A stretch of DNA of 64,000 bases. Source: Eledone cirrhosa. Its lineage: Eukaryota. A program made the position numbers and the translations under genes. The notes below the pieces were generated by a model that had not been told where the DNA came from, did no database searches, and saw nothing but the letters and a program-made list of their open reading frames with translations. The stretch spans positions 279,372,001-279,436,000 of the forward strand of contig OZ024743.1 in NCBI GenBank assembly GCA_964016885.1, in the 5' to 3' direction. Of this stretch, positions 12,890 through 26,564 are shown one piece after another (positions within the stretch are counted from its first letter, which is position 1; every line of letters starts with the position of its first letter).

Positions 12890-15800
12890 CAGTCAACGCG
12901 ATCAGTCGCATATTTTGGCGTGGGAGACTATTTATTAAATTTAAGATGAATACTATCTCCGACAGTAAGGCCACAACTACAGCCAGGTTGAATAACTGGT
13001 TATTCTTCTAACTATCCCTTCTGAAGACACCTTTTATTCGAATTCGTAGAGATATCCGACTAAATACATAATTCATTTTACAAGGATTTGCTACAAACAG
13101 CATGGCTGAACACAACATCAACAAAAAAATTAAGGAAGTATCGAAGACAAATAACAAAGAAGGTAATCAAACTTTATTCAATTGTAGCTACAGAAGAAAC
13201 CGAAATTATGAATCGCATTTCTCTTGGAGTTGCGAACTTAATAATGATTTATTTAATTGTTATAAAATGGCAAAAAACAATCCCTCCATTGGCTATATAA
13301 ATAGAATGAAGTTACACTGGGACGAAATGCACCCAGAGCTAAATTATTTCACAGCGAAACAATTACGCCAACAAGCGACGTTTGTTGAACGTAAACATAA
13401 GATAAATATTATTAATTGTAAGTCCCCCACAACAAACATGGAATCAACAACACTTGCTACAGATCGCCATGCTACTAGACGTCCTAGCAGCGAGGTCGAA
13501 CAGCGCCTTGAAACAACTGTGCCTGTAAGAAACTTGACACCACCTGTACCATCTAAGTCTACCTCGAATGCTGAGGAAAATACTATCGATAATAATAATA
13601 ATCGAATAAATGTGACACCACGTATACTATCCGAGTCTACCTCGACTGTTGTGGAAAATACTATCGATAATGATAATCAAAAGTATAAACAATTGAAAAT
13701 TTCCCTCAACGAAATCTTCCAGAGAGAAATTAACTCATGTATAAATATCTCTCTGGCTGAACGTGTTAAAATGACAATGGTGAATAAAAAAAAAAAACAA
13801 TGAAATACTACGTGCTATTGACGAAATAGGGGATGAATATTTACGACGGATAAAAACCCCAACATTTTGGCAAATCAACGCCTGTTAATATGCCTTAGCA
13901 ATGACCGTAAAGCATTATCTTGGTGATAGCAGAGATATTAACAAGAACAAAACACCACCAAAAATACCATCATATATAACTAAAATAGAAAAAAAGAGTG
14001 CTGACCTAAGTAAAAACATAGGGCATGTGACAATGCACCTTACATGCAAACAAACACAAAAAACCTCACTCCTCACCAACAAAGAATGAAAAATAAAATA
14101 GAGACGATGTTTGGTAACAGTAGAACCAGTACTCTCCAATATAAGCTGATCACCCTCAAACATGAATGGAGAGCTGTTAGCCGATACCTAAAGAAAGTAG
14201 ATGAGAGAAAAATGCTTAATAAAAGATTCAGACGAAACCAAACATCAGTCTATAGAGATATGAAGGGCAAAATAATAAGTGTCACTGAGGCCCCATCCCA
14301 GAAAGACATAGATTCCTTTTGGAGAAAAATATGGGGTGAAAAGAAGAATTTCAACGAAGATGCAGTGTAGCTAAGAGAAATCCGAAAAAACTATTCCTCC
14401 TACACTACAACAAAAACATACGAAATAAGTGAGGGTACCCTAAGACTGTGATAGGAAAACTCCAAGATAAGAAAACACCAGGAAGAGACATGATTGTCGG
14501 CTACTGGTACAAAAAACTATTATTCTATCGGAGGTAACTTACTGACCTCTACCGACAAGTTCTTAAGGGAGATACACTTATACCAGAATGGTTGACATTA
14601 GCACAAACGTTACTGGTCCCCAAGAACAAAGACTTGGCAAAAAACTACCGACCCATTGCATGCCAGAACCTGATGTATAAGATGTATACAGCCTGCCTGA
14701 ACCTATTCCTCCAAGATCACTGTGAAAATAATAACATCATCACAGATGAACAAGCAGCTGGAAAGAAAAGGGTTTCGGGTTGTGCTGAACAGCTCCTAAT
14801 CAACAAAACTGCGATGTCGGAGGTGCGACAACTTAGGAGGAATATGACTACAGTCTGGCAGGACTACAGGAAAGCTTTCGATTCTGTTCCCCACTCTTGG
14901 ATGATAGAGGCCTTCCAACTTTCTAAAGTCCCAGACATTATTGTCAGAGCCATAGAGAGGCTGTCTTCTTCTTGGGCTACTATCCTAAGGTTAAAGACAG
15001 AGAGGGAGGTCTCTATTTTCATTGATAAAATAAAATATTGCAGAGGTATATTTAATGGGGACAGTCTCTCTGTGATATTGTTCATCTTGTCATTAAACCC
15101 CTTGTCCTTTCTGCTCAAGAAATGTGAAGGATACATCTTTGGCTCACAGGAGGAAAGAAATACGAACCTAACCCATAACTTCTTTGTGGACGATCTGAAA
15201 CTCTACGCCAAGAACATAGATGGGATGAAGAAAAATCTTGACCTGGTTACAACGTTCTCAAAGGATATAGGTATGGAGTTTGGCCAAGATAAATGCTCAT
15301 ACATGGCTGTAAAGCGGGGAAAACAACAACCCAATCTAGCAACATTGTCATCAATGGTCTAACTGTTTCACCGATATCTGAGGACTGCTACAGATACCTG
15401 GGGAGAGAGGAGAACATATCCTATAATGGTATCTGTAATAAAGAACGCGTAACCAGGGAATACTACACCCGATTAAGAAAGATCTGGTCATCGGAACTCT
15501 CTGCGCAAAACAGTGGCTCACAATGTGTTTGCTGTGCCTGTCCTAACACAAACGTTTGGAATACTCAATTGGACGATAGACGAAATCCGAGCAGCTGATG
15601 TTGGAACTCGAAAAATACTGAACAGCACTGGAAACCTCCACATCAACAGTGACATAGACCGCCTTTACTTGAAACGTAAGCAGGGAGGCAGAGGCCTAAC
15701 ATCAGTCCAGACAACATTTGAATGTCGCATCATATCTCTCCGATAACATCTACGAACCTCGAAGCGTAGGAGCCCGCTTCCCGAGCAAGTCTATCTGCAT

Positions 15801-16964
15801 GAAACAAATAAGATCATGAGAGTTGGGAAGGAACTCCTTGAGAGATATTCCCTCTGTGATAATCAAAAACTCACACCCAGGGATATCGCTCAGCAGTATC
15901 GCAGTGAATTCATGTATGAAAAACTGCATGCCTATCAGCAAAAAATCATGCATGGATATGTTCCCAGGAAGCTCCAGAGTGAGAGTAATATAGATAAGGA
16001 AAGTAGTCTATCTTGGACCAACAACCACTATTGGTTCCCACTTTCAAGGATACGCTTTTGCAATCCAAGAACTGGAGATTAGCACGAAATACCTGATTCA
16101 CAAAAGACATAGGGATGCAGGCAAAACACCTAGATGTGATAACAAGTGCAGACTCTGCAGAACTAACATCGAGGATATCACCCATGTCATCAGCAGCTGT
16201 CCAAAGATGTCATCGCGGTACTATCTACCTATGAGGCATGATGTAGTGGCCAAAACACTGTACAATGCAGTTCGTAAAAAAGATAGCCCCGATAATAAAC
16301 ACATTAAAAGCTACAACAATGTGGAAGACATCCATGTACATAATATGAAAGAGTACTGGTGGAATGTTCCAGTAAAAACCCCAATAAAATGCAGGCATAA
16401 CAGACCAGATATTATGATATGGAACAGGGAGATGAAAACATGCACAGTAGTGGAAATTAGCTGCCCAGCAGATGCCGATATAATATCAAAGATTAGTGAA
16501 AAGGAGAATATTTATGCAGAACTGATGAGAAAGCTGTTGATACTCCACCCTGATTACACCTTCAGATTTATGCCTGTGATTACTGGGGCACTGGGGTATG
16601 TTAGTAACTGCCTCAATACAAATCTTGAGAAGCTAGGCTTCACAGGAACAGAAAGAACACAACTAGTTAGGAAATTACAATTACAATCCTTTAATGGAAC
16701 AGTAAAAATATGTAAAACATTCCAAAAGTTTTGCACCTAGTAACTGCATATACACATGTACAGATACAAAGCATATACACATGCACACATACAACTCAAA
16801 ACATCCACATCCACACATACAATAACATCCATATCTACACATGCATACATACATATCTACCTAGTTGATGTTGTGTAAATTCCAATGAGAGAGTCTTGTG
16901 TCTATGTTAGAAACCGACTCTCTCTCTATTCGTAAAACTTTGTGAAATTATAAAACCAAAAGAA
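12890..16964 (+). mobile_element. Near-full-length R4/Dong-clade non-LTR retrotransposon (RT + CCHC + restriction-like endonuclease), frameshifted, inserted in (CATA)n
   Basis: ORF pieces 13102-16740: N-terminal WSCELNNDLFNCY..GYINRMKLHW domain; RT motifs NYRPIACQN, QDYRKAFDSVPHSW, GIFNGDSLS, FFVDDLKLY; CRLC..HVISSC knuckle; RHDVV and HNRPDIMIW..VVEISCP RLE motif. (CATA)n on both sides (12847-12889, 16965-17052). Confidence 0.93.
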
Positions 16965-17022
16965 CATACATACATACATACATACATACATACATACATA
17001 CATACATACATACATACATACA

Positions 17023-17056
<34 letters not shown>

Positions 17057-17079
17057 AATCATTGCAAGAACTGAACGAA

Positions 17080-17700
17080 ATTGATGGAAAAACTCGAAAA
17101 TTTAAAATCAATATGATGTTGATGGTCTATATTTCCCATGCAAGGAGGGTAGCCGGGAGCAATTATGACCAGTCTTTTAAGAGCATTAATATAACAACAT
17201 TGTTAGGATAGCCCTGGAACTAGAGGAGAGTCATGAAATAAAATCTGACAGAAATCCATCTCTCAGAAACAATGGAAAACTCTACTCAAGGTGATAAACC
17301 ACACTAAAAGCCTGATATGGAGTTCTTACAAGTTTATAACTTCCTATCTTGAAGGATACCTCCATGCAATTCAGGAACAAGAAATCCACACCATGTATCT
17401 GCTGTACAAAAAAGTAAAAGTTATTGCAGGCTGTGCAATACGAAGAGTCAATATGTTTTCAACATTATTGCTTATTGTGAAAGAGTAGCTTCCCGTTACT
17501 GCTTTCCTATAAGGTATGAGGAGGTAACCAGAACAATCTGGAATGCTTTATAGAAGACGAAACTGACAACAAATAAGGAGGAATATGTTGAGACTAATGA
17601 CTGATAGCAATATTGGTGGAACATAACTTTAAATACGCTATCAAATTTAAACGGAAATATTGACGAAAGATGGTAACCGGTAAAAATAGAGTAAAAATTA
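17080..17700 (+). pseudogene. Old degenerate R4-like LINE fragment
   Basis: ORF 17291-17488 KSLIWSSYKFITSYLEGYLHAIQEQEIHTMYL parallels the SLSW...AIQEQEMNTKYL region of the intact family. Confidence 0.6.
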
Positions 17701-18397
17701 AAAGGAAGAGATAAACATAGAAACATACTTAATGTTTGATTCGTGTCACATGATAGCCATCTCATCATCATCTAAATCATTCCTGCATGTCTCACACACT
17801 CTGCAGCAACAGGCCTAATATCTATATGGTGCTAATTATTCAAAGATTTGGCCTACATCGGCTGGAGAAATGGAATGCCAGATGACAAGATTGCAAAAGT
17901 CAAATACATCCTGTATTATAGTAACAAACGCTTGAAGCCTAGAGGCCCCGCGTGAACAAATGCACCGTCAATTTATTTATTTTTTTTGCGGTACTGCTAC
18001 CTACTTTTAAGAGTAGGATGAAAGATTGAAGAGCCAGCGATGTGAATGAAATAAATGAAAATCTAGGTGTTGGGTTAATAAAGCCCAGGACAATATGAGC
18101 ATTTTGTTGATTAATACGCTTCTTTTGTGAATATAAAAAATAAAATTAAAACATTCAAAACTGGATCCTTTTTCCCATCACACTAAATATAGAGTTAAAT
18201 ATAAACATAATCCAATAAAATTATCAGATATGTGGAGGCTTTGAAGTTCAATCACCATACACATTAGTCTCTTGTGTTAAAGAGGAGAGGAAATTGTCAA
18301 ATTTCATCACGAGGAATTTAGTAAAGAATATTAGAAGTTTCAAATGAATAACACGTACTTAAAGACAATTTCTTTCTGGTTTGTATTTTAAATTATT

Positions 18398-18405
18398 TCA
18401 TATAT

Positions 18406-18478
<73 letters not shown>

Positions 18479-18671
18479 AATAGATACAAATTTATATAAA
18501 CGCATATGTATATATACGAATATATATATATATATAAGCGCACATATAGATGTATGAATATATATATATATATATACATATACAAATACATAGAAATTTA
18601 TATATACGCATATGTATATATACGAATATATGTATATATATATATATATATAAGCGCACATATAGATGTAC

Positions 18672-18702
<31 letters not shown>

Positions 18703-18896
18703 CGCATATATATATATATATGTATACATATATATATATGTATATATATGTGCGTGTGTGAATATACATATATAGGTTTATTTATCGGTATTATATATAT
18801 ATATATTTGTATATATATATATATATACATATGCGTATACATAAATACGTATGTATTTGTATATATGAAATAATATATATATATATATATATATAT
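18398..18896. repeat. Compound (TA)n/(TACA)n microsatellite, representative of dozens of tracts in the window
   Basis: Direct inspection. (GA)n at 12612-12684, (TC)n at 22685-22756, GTT-rich at 24640-24890, GGT/GAT-rich at 55500-56050. Confidence 0.95.
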
Positions 18897-19162
18897 TACT
18901 TAACGTCATCGGTTTTGCAAAAAAATTTATGCTGAGAGATTCACTCATTTTTTTTTCCATGTTTACCACTATAATTCGACATCATGCAAAGGCGTTAAAA
19001 TCGCTATGGTTACCTTTTATTTTGTGCGTAGTTTATTCGTCGTTAAATGCTTTCTTTACCTGTTTATTTATAAAGTGATCATAGGTGACTAGGTGCATCG
19101 TTTGACAGTGTTATTTTTTGAAAATAAATAAGTTATCTTCCACACCCCCATTATCTTGTTCG

Positions 19163-19240
<78 letters not shown>

Positions 19241-19250
19241 TATATATATA

Positions 19251-19295
<45 letters not shown>

Positions 19296-19300
<5 letters not shown>

Positions 19301-19482
19301 GTTTCTACTTTTGGTACAAGGCCAGCAATTAACCAGTACATTACTGGTACTTTATTTTATAGACCCCGAAAGGATGAAAGGCAAAGGTAACCTCGGCGGG
19401 ATTTGAACTCAGAATGGCAAGGACCGTAACTCTATGCGTCAAAGCATGGCGTCAGTCCCTCTACCGATACTGCCAATCCACC
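19296..19482 (-). mobile_element. Same tRNA-SINE, full length; partial copies at 3407-3540(-), 20137-20196, 23208-23340, 28735-28850, 41022-41100, 46063-46162
   Basis: Reverse complement of the same consensus. Confidence 0.85.
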
Positions 19483-19528
19483 ATATAATAAGATATCAAT
19501 ATGAGTTAGTAACTCTGTATTTTATTTG

Positions 19529-19673
<145 letters not shown>

Positions 19674-20559
19674 TATATCACAGGATAACTTACTTTTGAA
19701 TAACGTTTGAAGGAATCTATTTCATTATATGCAATTGAATGGATATGACTCTATTGAATTCATTGATCGATAAATATATTGTGTCCGTCATTACACTAAC
19801 TTGTGTTCGAGTTGTTGTTATTGTTGTTGTTTAAGCACAAGTCAACTTTCCCAGAACAGTCCGAATATCGTTGATACTCCAGCCATGAATCTTTCAATAG
19901 AACAATGGTAAACTACTGTGTAACTGACTCTACGACATATTAATTTATTCTGTTGCATTTTCAAACATCTAAGGCGAGATAATAATTAATAGTATATCGT
20001 TACAGTGTATGTTATTGCTGGCATTGTCGTTGTTTAACCTCAGATAAATCCTAATTAAACAGACATAATATACAAGTCATTCCAGTCATGATTGTTCCCT
20101 CTTTTTAATAGTATACATTATTATATTATGTATATAAAGTACCAGTAATGTACTGGGTAATTGATGGCCTTGTGCCAAAAGTAGAAACAATTATTATATT
20201 ATGTATTCTATTTTCCTCTGTGGGATGGGATTTAAGAGATTTAGCTGTTATTTCTATAAGTTGAATGACTACATAAAGTTTGTTTTGGGAGGATGATGAT
20301 AATGTTGTTGTTGCTGATGTTAGTATTGTCGAATGTTTTGTCGTGGATATTGTTGCTTAGATCTTGATCAAGATTGATTGTGCTGTTTCATAAATAAAAC
20401 TGTAATCATTGCCTGTATTCTTTTTGTTTTGTAGTTATTTTTAGTTTTTTCTCTTATAGTTTATCCGGATTCATCGAACCATATCGTATGGATTCTTTCA
20501 TTAATTAGTTAACTGAATTGTCAGAGCATGGCGAATACATGTACGAAGAGGGAGTCTAC

Positions 20560-21450
20560 ATTTCATTTAATGACTTGCAGTATTCTGCATCTTATAACAT
20601 TGCAGTTAACTCTTGCAAACTCAGTTTACCTTCTTATAGATTCACACAATTCAACGTCATTGAACAGGCAATAAAATTAGCGACCGCATTATTTAGTTTG
20701 CACTCAACTTCACCCATGCGAAAATGTACAAAAAATAAAATACAACCCAATGATGATGCCTTTTCCTACTGATATGTTATCAACCAATAAATATGATAGC
20801 TTGTGATCAACCAACCAGTAAATATTTAGCTCCTATCCAAATACTTTAACCCTTTCACTTTTGAACCAATAACCTTTCGTTGATCCATGTCGTCTTGCTT
20901 CCTTAGCTATCAGGAGAGTGACCTTATAAGTTACAAATTTGCTAAATTATTGAAACAATGTTCCGGAGCATTTCTCTGTCTTTTTCTTATCATCTTTACT
21001 ATGCTTCACCTCCCAGAGGAGTGAATCATAAACAATCAATTGAATTATTCCGTGTCTTTAGAGTTTCTATCCCAGGGGAAAGACTCAATCCAGCAATCCC
21101 AACCGTGAAGTCGTTCTTCAATTATGAATTACTTTTGCTGTTTGCAGCATACACATTCAAAGGAGTCTTATACGTTGCTTTTCCACTTTTTCTTAAAATA
21201 CCGCTGCAATCTTCTAGGTCTAAATATTTGTCCACATGTTCATTATACAACTATACTATCTCAAATATATCAATCGAAGGGCGCTCTGTTTTCTGGAAGG
21301 ATCGGTCCAGAAAGATACCAAAGGGCATGCATAGAGTTAATAGGGAGTATTCTGGCTTTCGATAAACGCAGCTACCGATTCATTGAACTAGAATGTACAT
21401 GGCAGATAAGTTCACAGACATTTGTAGATTTAATGTAATCTTGAAGCAAA
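20560..21450 (-). pseudogene. Possible very old Ty3/Gypsy pol remnant
   Basis: Scattered MPFGI..FQK, KYLDL and NNAVAN motifs among many stops. Confidence 0.25.
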
Positions 21451-22141
21451 ATTAGTGTGACATTAGTTTCATCTGATCCTTTTCATGAAAGTTTAAGTTC
21501 ATCCATAGGTGTCCACATAATTTCTTTATATTCCAATTCACCTACAAGACATGGGTTGAAGGTGGAATCCCAGGATGTCATAATAGTGAAATAATCAATT
21601 TGTCACAATCCACCTTGTCACAATCTTGTAGTTAGCTTTAGTCCTACATCAAGCTCTGTACTGTTGTTACAACAGTAGCTCCTTCATATCACAAACCTGA
21701 GTCAACAAAATACTCTATGAAATTCTAAAAGCTTAATGGTTCAGATACATGGCAAAAATACATAACTCCTAACTATCAGTTCCAATGCACCAAGGCGTTT
21801 TTATTTAGTTCCAGGTTTGCCCCGATTCAGCAAACATTAAGAAGAGATACACACCATACTATTTCATTTTTATTGAGTATCTATGAATACGTGACAAATA
21901 TGATCTTGCATGCTTAGGAGGATAAGGTAGGTATTTCTACATGGAAATGACGTTAAAAGATACATGTCTTTGGAAAACTCACCCACTTACAAGATAATTT
22001 CATGAATAGAGTAAGCCATCCCTGACCAGAAGCTGCTAAATGTTCGGCTGACCTAGAAGCTGCTAAATGTTCGGCCGCCCTCCTGTCTCTGCTTTTCAGC
22101 CCCATGTATTTTGTCTATTATGTTCCTTTGTTAAATTTCGA

Positions 22142-22198
22142 ATACCTGATGATGTCACTGGATTCATACTGAACCCGATCACTGAAATGATCATAGTA
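22142..22198 (+). ncRNA. Type I HHR (homologue of 8001-8058)
   Basis: atac CTGATGA ... GAAA tgatca TA gtat. Confidence 0.72.
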
Positions 22199-22680
22199 TA
22201 ATAAACCTTATAAGGAATTACACCAGTCCAGCCTCCTGTTATTTTATAATATATATATATACACCCCCCCCCCCCCCAAACACACATATGAATATATATA
22301 TATATATACAGCGAACAAACTATAGCACCGATGTAAATCCTCAACAATAAATCATACTTCATACTGAAGTGTATTGGCTATATTCTTATCTCGTTTGTTC
22401 ATGACAGTATTCAGACGTACATACATATATAAGTACACACATACATACATTCATACATACATACATACATCTAAAAGCAATGATATACATTCAGTCGTCT
22501 AACACTTTGTCCACACGCAAATGCATACATCCATAATCTCCATATCCATTCCTTTATACATATAATACATATATCCATAAACATAATCATATTCGCCAAC
22601 ACGCACACTCAATCTCTCTCTAACTACCACTTTATTCCGCACACACACACTCTCTCTTTCGCTCTCCCGCTCTCTCTCTA

Positions 22681-22760
<80 letters not shown>

Positions 22761-22997
22761 TCTGCACCCTCTCTCTCACTTTTACTTGCCTCTACATTCG
22801 TCTCACTTCATTTCTCCATAACGCATATACACAAACAGACCTAAACACATGGACTTACTTACACTCTGATACATACATCTATACACACACACCACATATA
22901 TATACACTCAGGCACATATACATCCACCCTGCTACCCACCCCTACACACATACACCTATATATATATATATATGTTTGTGTGTATATACACACACAT

Positions 22998-23069
<72 letters not shown>

Positions 23070-23123
23070 ACAGGGAGAAAGAGACGATTATTAGGAAGAA
23101 AAATATATTCCTCTCCACATTTC

Positions 23124-23179
<56 letters not shown>

Positions 23180-23616
23180 GAAATGTGGAAAGGAATATAT
23201 TTTTCGTTACGTCCCTTTATGATCTGAGTTCAAATCCCGCCGAGGTTAACTTTGCCTTTCATCCTTACGGGGTCGATAAAATAAAGTACCAGTAATACGC
23301 TGGATATTTGCTGGCCTTGTGCCAAAAGTAGAAACAATTATATATATATATATATTAAAATAACAGATTAAAGTTTAAGCATTATTATTACTATATATAT
23401 ATATATATATAATTGGAGGCTTAGTAAAATCGAATCTCTGGCGGTGTGCAAGCAAATTCAACCTATGATATGAATTAGTTAGCAAAGCACTCAACAAGGT
23501 AGGTCCTTAGAGTAATAACATACGTTTAAACAGCTTGACAAATTGAACATTGTGGTAGGCAAAATCTAACACACAATACCAAAGTAACGAAAGAACTAAC
23601 AGGTTGAAATAATACA

Positions 23617-23739
23617 CCTGGACAAATCAAACATTATACGTTTAAAGTGTTTCTATGAATCCGAAATCAAATATCAGACTTACGTAACTGGCAAGCTCGT
23701 GGTATTTATGATCGAACAGGGACTCATTTTATCAACAGG
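23617..23739 (-). ncRNA. Large type I HHR, U3-A8 variant, extended stems II and III
   Basis: cctg TTGATAA a atgagtcc [~45 nt] ggattcat a GAAA ca ctttaaacgt ata atgtttgatt tg TC cagg. Confidence 0.68.
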
Positions 23740-24221
23740 AATTTCGTTCTACCAAAGAACGGGGCGAAACACTGAATGGTGTCGCTAACAGCAGCGATTC
23801 GAACATTTAGTTGTCACGTTCCAACAAGGGAAATAACCCCGGGTTTTTTGGCGGGTCATTCAAAGTGTTAGACAAAGGAAATATTATAATTTCCGCTAAC
23901 ATTCAGAATAAGCTCTCAACCAGATGTTATTAAACAAACACAAATAATTAACCAATCAACAGAATTGTTTAATTAAATTAATTAGTTAATTTTTAAATAT
24001 AGGAGAAAATAATATAATTGGTGGCTTAGTAAAATCCAATCTCTAGCAGTGTGCAAGCAAATTCGACCTACGATATGAATGAGTTAGCAAAGCACTCGAC
24101 AAGGTAGGTCCTTAGAGTAATAACATACGTTTAAATAGCTTGACAAATTGAACATTGTGGTAGGCAAAATCTAACACACAATACCAAAGTAACGAAAGAA
24201 CTAACAGGTTGAAAAAATACA

Positions 24222-24345
24222 CCTGGACAAATCAAACATTATATGTTTAAAGTGTTTCTATGGATCCGAAATCAAATATCAGACCTACGTAACTGGCAAG
24301 TTCGTAGTATTCATGATCGAACAGAGGACTCATTTTATCAACAGG
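24222..24345 (-). ncRNA. Second copy of the large U3-A8 HHR
   Basis: Same fold one monomer away. Confidence 0.66.
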
Positions 24346-25079
24346 AATTTCGTTCTATATATATAAATACATACATAAAGAGGCAGACACACAACACACA
24401 GGCGCATACACATACACTCACACTCAAACACACACACACACGCTAAACGCAAATACATACATACACTGCCTCCTTCCTAATTACTTGCAGACATCCAAGA
24501 CTATATAGATTCTCGCCACATTTGCTTCTACATTTTTTCGTGTTTCTATATTCTTTATCGTTTTCTTTTTTCAGAAATTATATATTTTTTCCAAATTATT
24601 TTTCGAAATCATCATGGTTTGTCAAAGTTCTTATCGTTAATGCACTTGTTATTATTGTTGTTGTTGATGTTGGTGTTGTTATTGTCGTTGTTGTTATAGT
24701 TATTTCTATTGTTATTGTCCTTTTTTCAGTTGTTGGCGTTATCGTTGTTACTGTTGTTATATTCGTCGCTGTTGTTGTTATTGTTGTTGTTGCTCTTGTA
24801 GTGACCGTTGATTTTGTTCTTTCTTTTGTGGTTGTAGCCGTTGTTATTGTTTTTGTTGGTGTCAATGTTGTTGTTTTTGTTGTTTTTGTTTGTTACTTTT
24901 TACATTTTTGTAATGACTCTGTCTGATGATTTTGGCTATTTTTGTTTGTGTTACATGTTTTGTTTTGTTTCTTTGCTGGGTGTGGGTAGAGGTGGAAGGT
25001 GACTATATCTTGATTGTATCATTGTGATTGAGCATTGCTGTTGTTGTTGTTGTTGTTGAGCGTTATTATTTGCACACTA

Positions 25080-26250
25080 TATACTCCTCTTGAACTCTGC
25101 CTATCAGGTAACGGGGAAAAGTTATTTTGGGACCTTGAGATCAAGACCACAAACAAAGTCCAATACAGCCGCCCTGATATTGTTGCCAAAACAACCACCC
25201 TAGATGGGCTATAATTGATATTGCGATCGCTCATGACCATAATGTGGCTGAAAAGGAAATTGTGGACTACCACTGAGATGTAATCAAATGCTCACAACCA
25301 TCTCCCTCTCGGGCAAGGCAGTTGGTGGAACTTCACTTTGTCGTTCTACAGAGGATGAGAGGCGGGTAAATAAGACGACGTCTTGTTAGACTGGGTGGAC
25401 GAGTGCAAATGAGTGATTTTCCAGAAATACTTAGCCTGTCAGTGCTATCTAATGACTTTGTCAGCTTATTGTATACACAACAGGTATGAAAGGGCCATGG
25501 CAATATGCCCCTAAGGCAAGGAACCGTCATGCACCAACCGTTTATTTGTCAGATTATTTCTGTCTTGTGGAGTTACGTCAATCAATTGCGATCACATGTA
25601 GATCTGGTTATCTGATGAATCCATTGTGAATGTAGTCCGACCGCCTTACTTTAAGCAGGAAGAACAGGTAGTTTTTTTTTATGATAGGCATCATTGGTGA
25701 AAGAGGTTGGGTGGGGTACATTTTCCTTTTTTGCCAAATTCTCTCAAACTCTTTCAACTTTCACTTGAAAAGAAAGATTGAGTGAGAAATTACTGGCTTC
25801 TAGAAAATACTTGAAAAGTGGATGAGAGTGACGTGCTTTTTGCCAGAAAATGGACTTACTCTGAGTATGCACCTGTAGATTGAAACAGGACAGCTGGAAG
25901 AAGATAATCGCCATAGTGGTCAGGACGACCGTTACTTTTTGTGAGTCTTTTCTTCAGTTGTCTTAGGTATCATGACGTTGTTTCCTTCTTTTCAGTATAC
26001 ATCCAATATCTTTCGTATTATGGTAGCCATTCCAAGCAAACAAGGTTTCTGTCCAACAGTCTGTTACAAACTTCTTTATTGCTTTCTCCCACTTCTTTAT
26101 TCCAATTCTTTGATCCGTTACAGGATGATGATCGATTCGGGCTGGACCAGGAGCACGACCACTGCCGGACAAATCATCTTTACCGTCTAGGTTTCCAATC
26201 CCATGTTTTTCGCCGTTATTTTGTATACTTTGCTTTGATATTTCATTCAT
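25080..26250. pseudogene. Degenerate RLE-type LINE fragments (plus-strand RPDIV motif near 25170; minus-strand N-terminal-like piece about 25960-26250)
   Basis: DLEIKTTNKVQYSRPDIVAK on +. KKWEKAIKKFVTDCW..NGYH on - resembles the R4 N-terminal domain. Confidence 0.4.
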
Positions 26251-26284
26251 AGCATCATAGCAGTTTTGCGTTTGTGAGATTGAG

Positions 26285-26562
26285 CAACTACCAGGCCGGT
26301 TAATTTGAGGAGGAGAGTGAGCCCTTCCTGGGTGCCTTCGAAGCGTCGGGTGGTTCAGGATTTGGGGGGATACCAGAATCGCCCCTCGGTGTATATCTCT
26401 CGTATTTGGGAACTTACATTGTTGTATTTTTCTTGTTATTTTGTTATTGATATTTATATTGTTTAGACGTTTATTTATGTAAAAAACCCACTGTCCCTGT
26501 CTTTGTATTGACCTCTACGTATCGGCCCTTGTGGACAATAAATGTGTCACTTATTATTATTA
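26285..26562 (+). mobile_element. Probable 3' UTR of a Tx1-like LINE ending GCCCTTGTGGACAATAAA plus a (TTA)n tail
   Basis: Resembles the UTR after the Tx1 remnant at about 59430-59580 and the minus-strand end at 39235-39430. Confidence 0.5.
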
Positions 26563-26564
26563 GT

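Larger units (their letters stand above)
23410..24356 (-). mobile_element. Tandem ~605-bp non-coding monomer (about 1.55 units) with one HHR per unit; retrozyme-like
   Basis: 23410-23751 is repeated at 24015-24356; (TA)n on both sides; no ORF. Confidence 0.8.

Noticed and set aside
24522-24926. Val-rich membrane-like ORF and Thr-rich mucin-like antisense ORF
   Set aside because: Degenerate (GTT)n low-complexity DNA.
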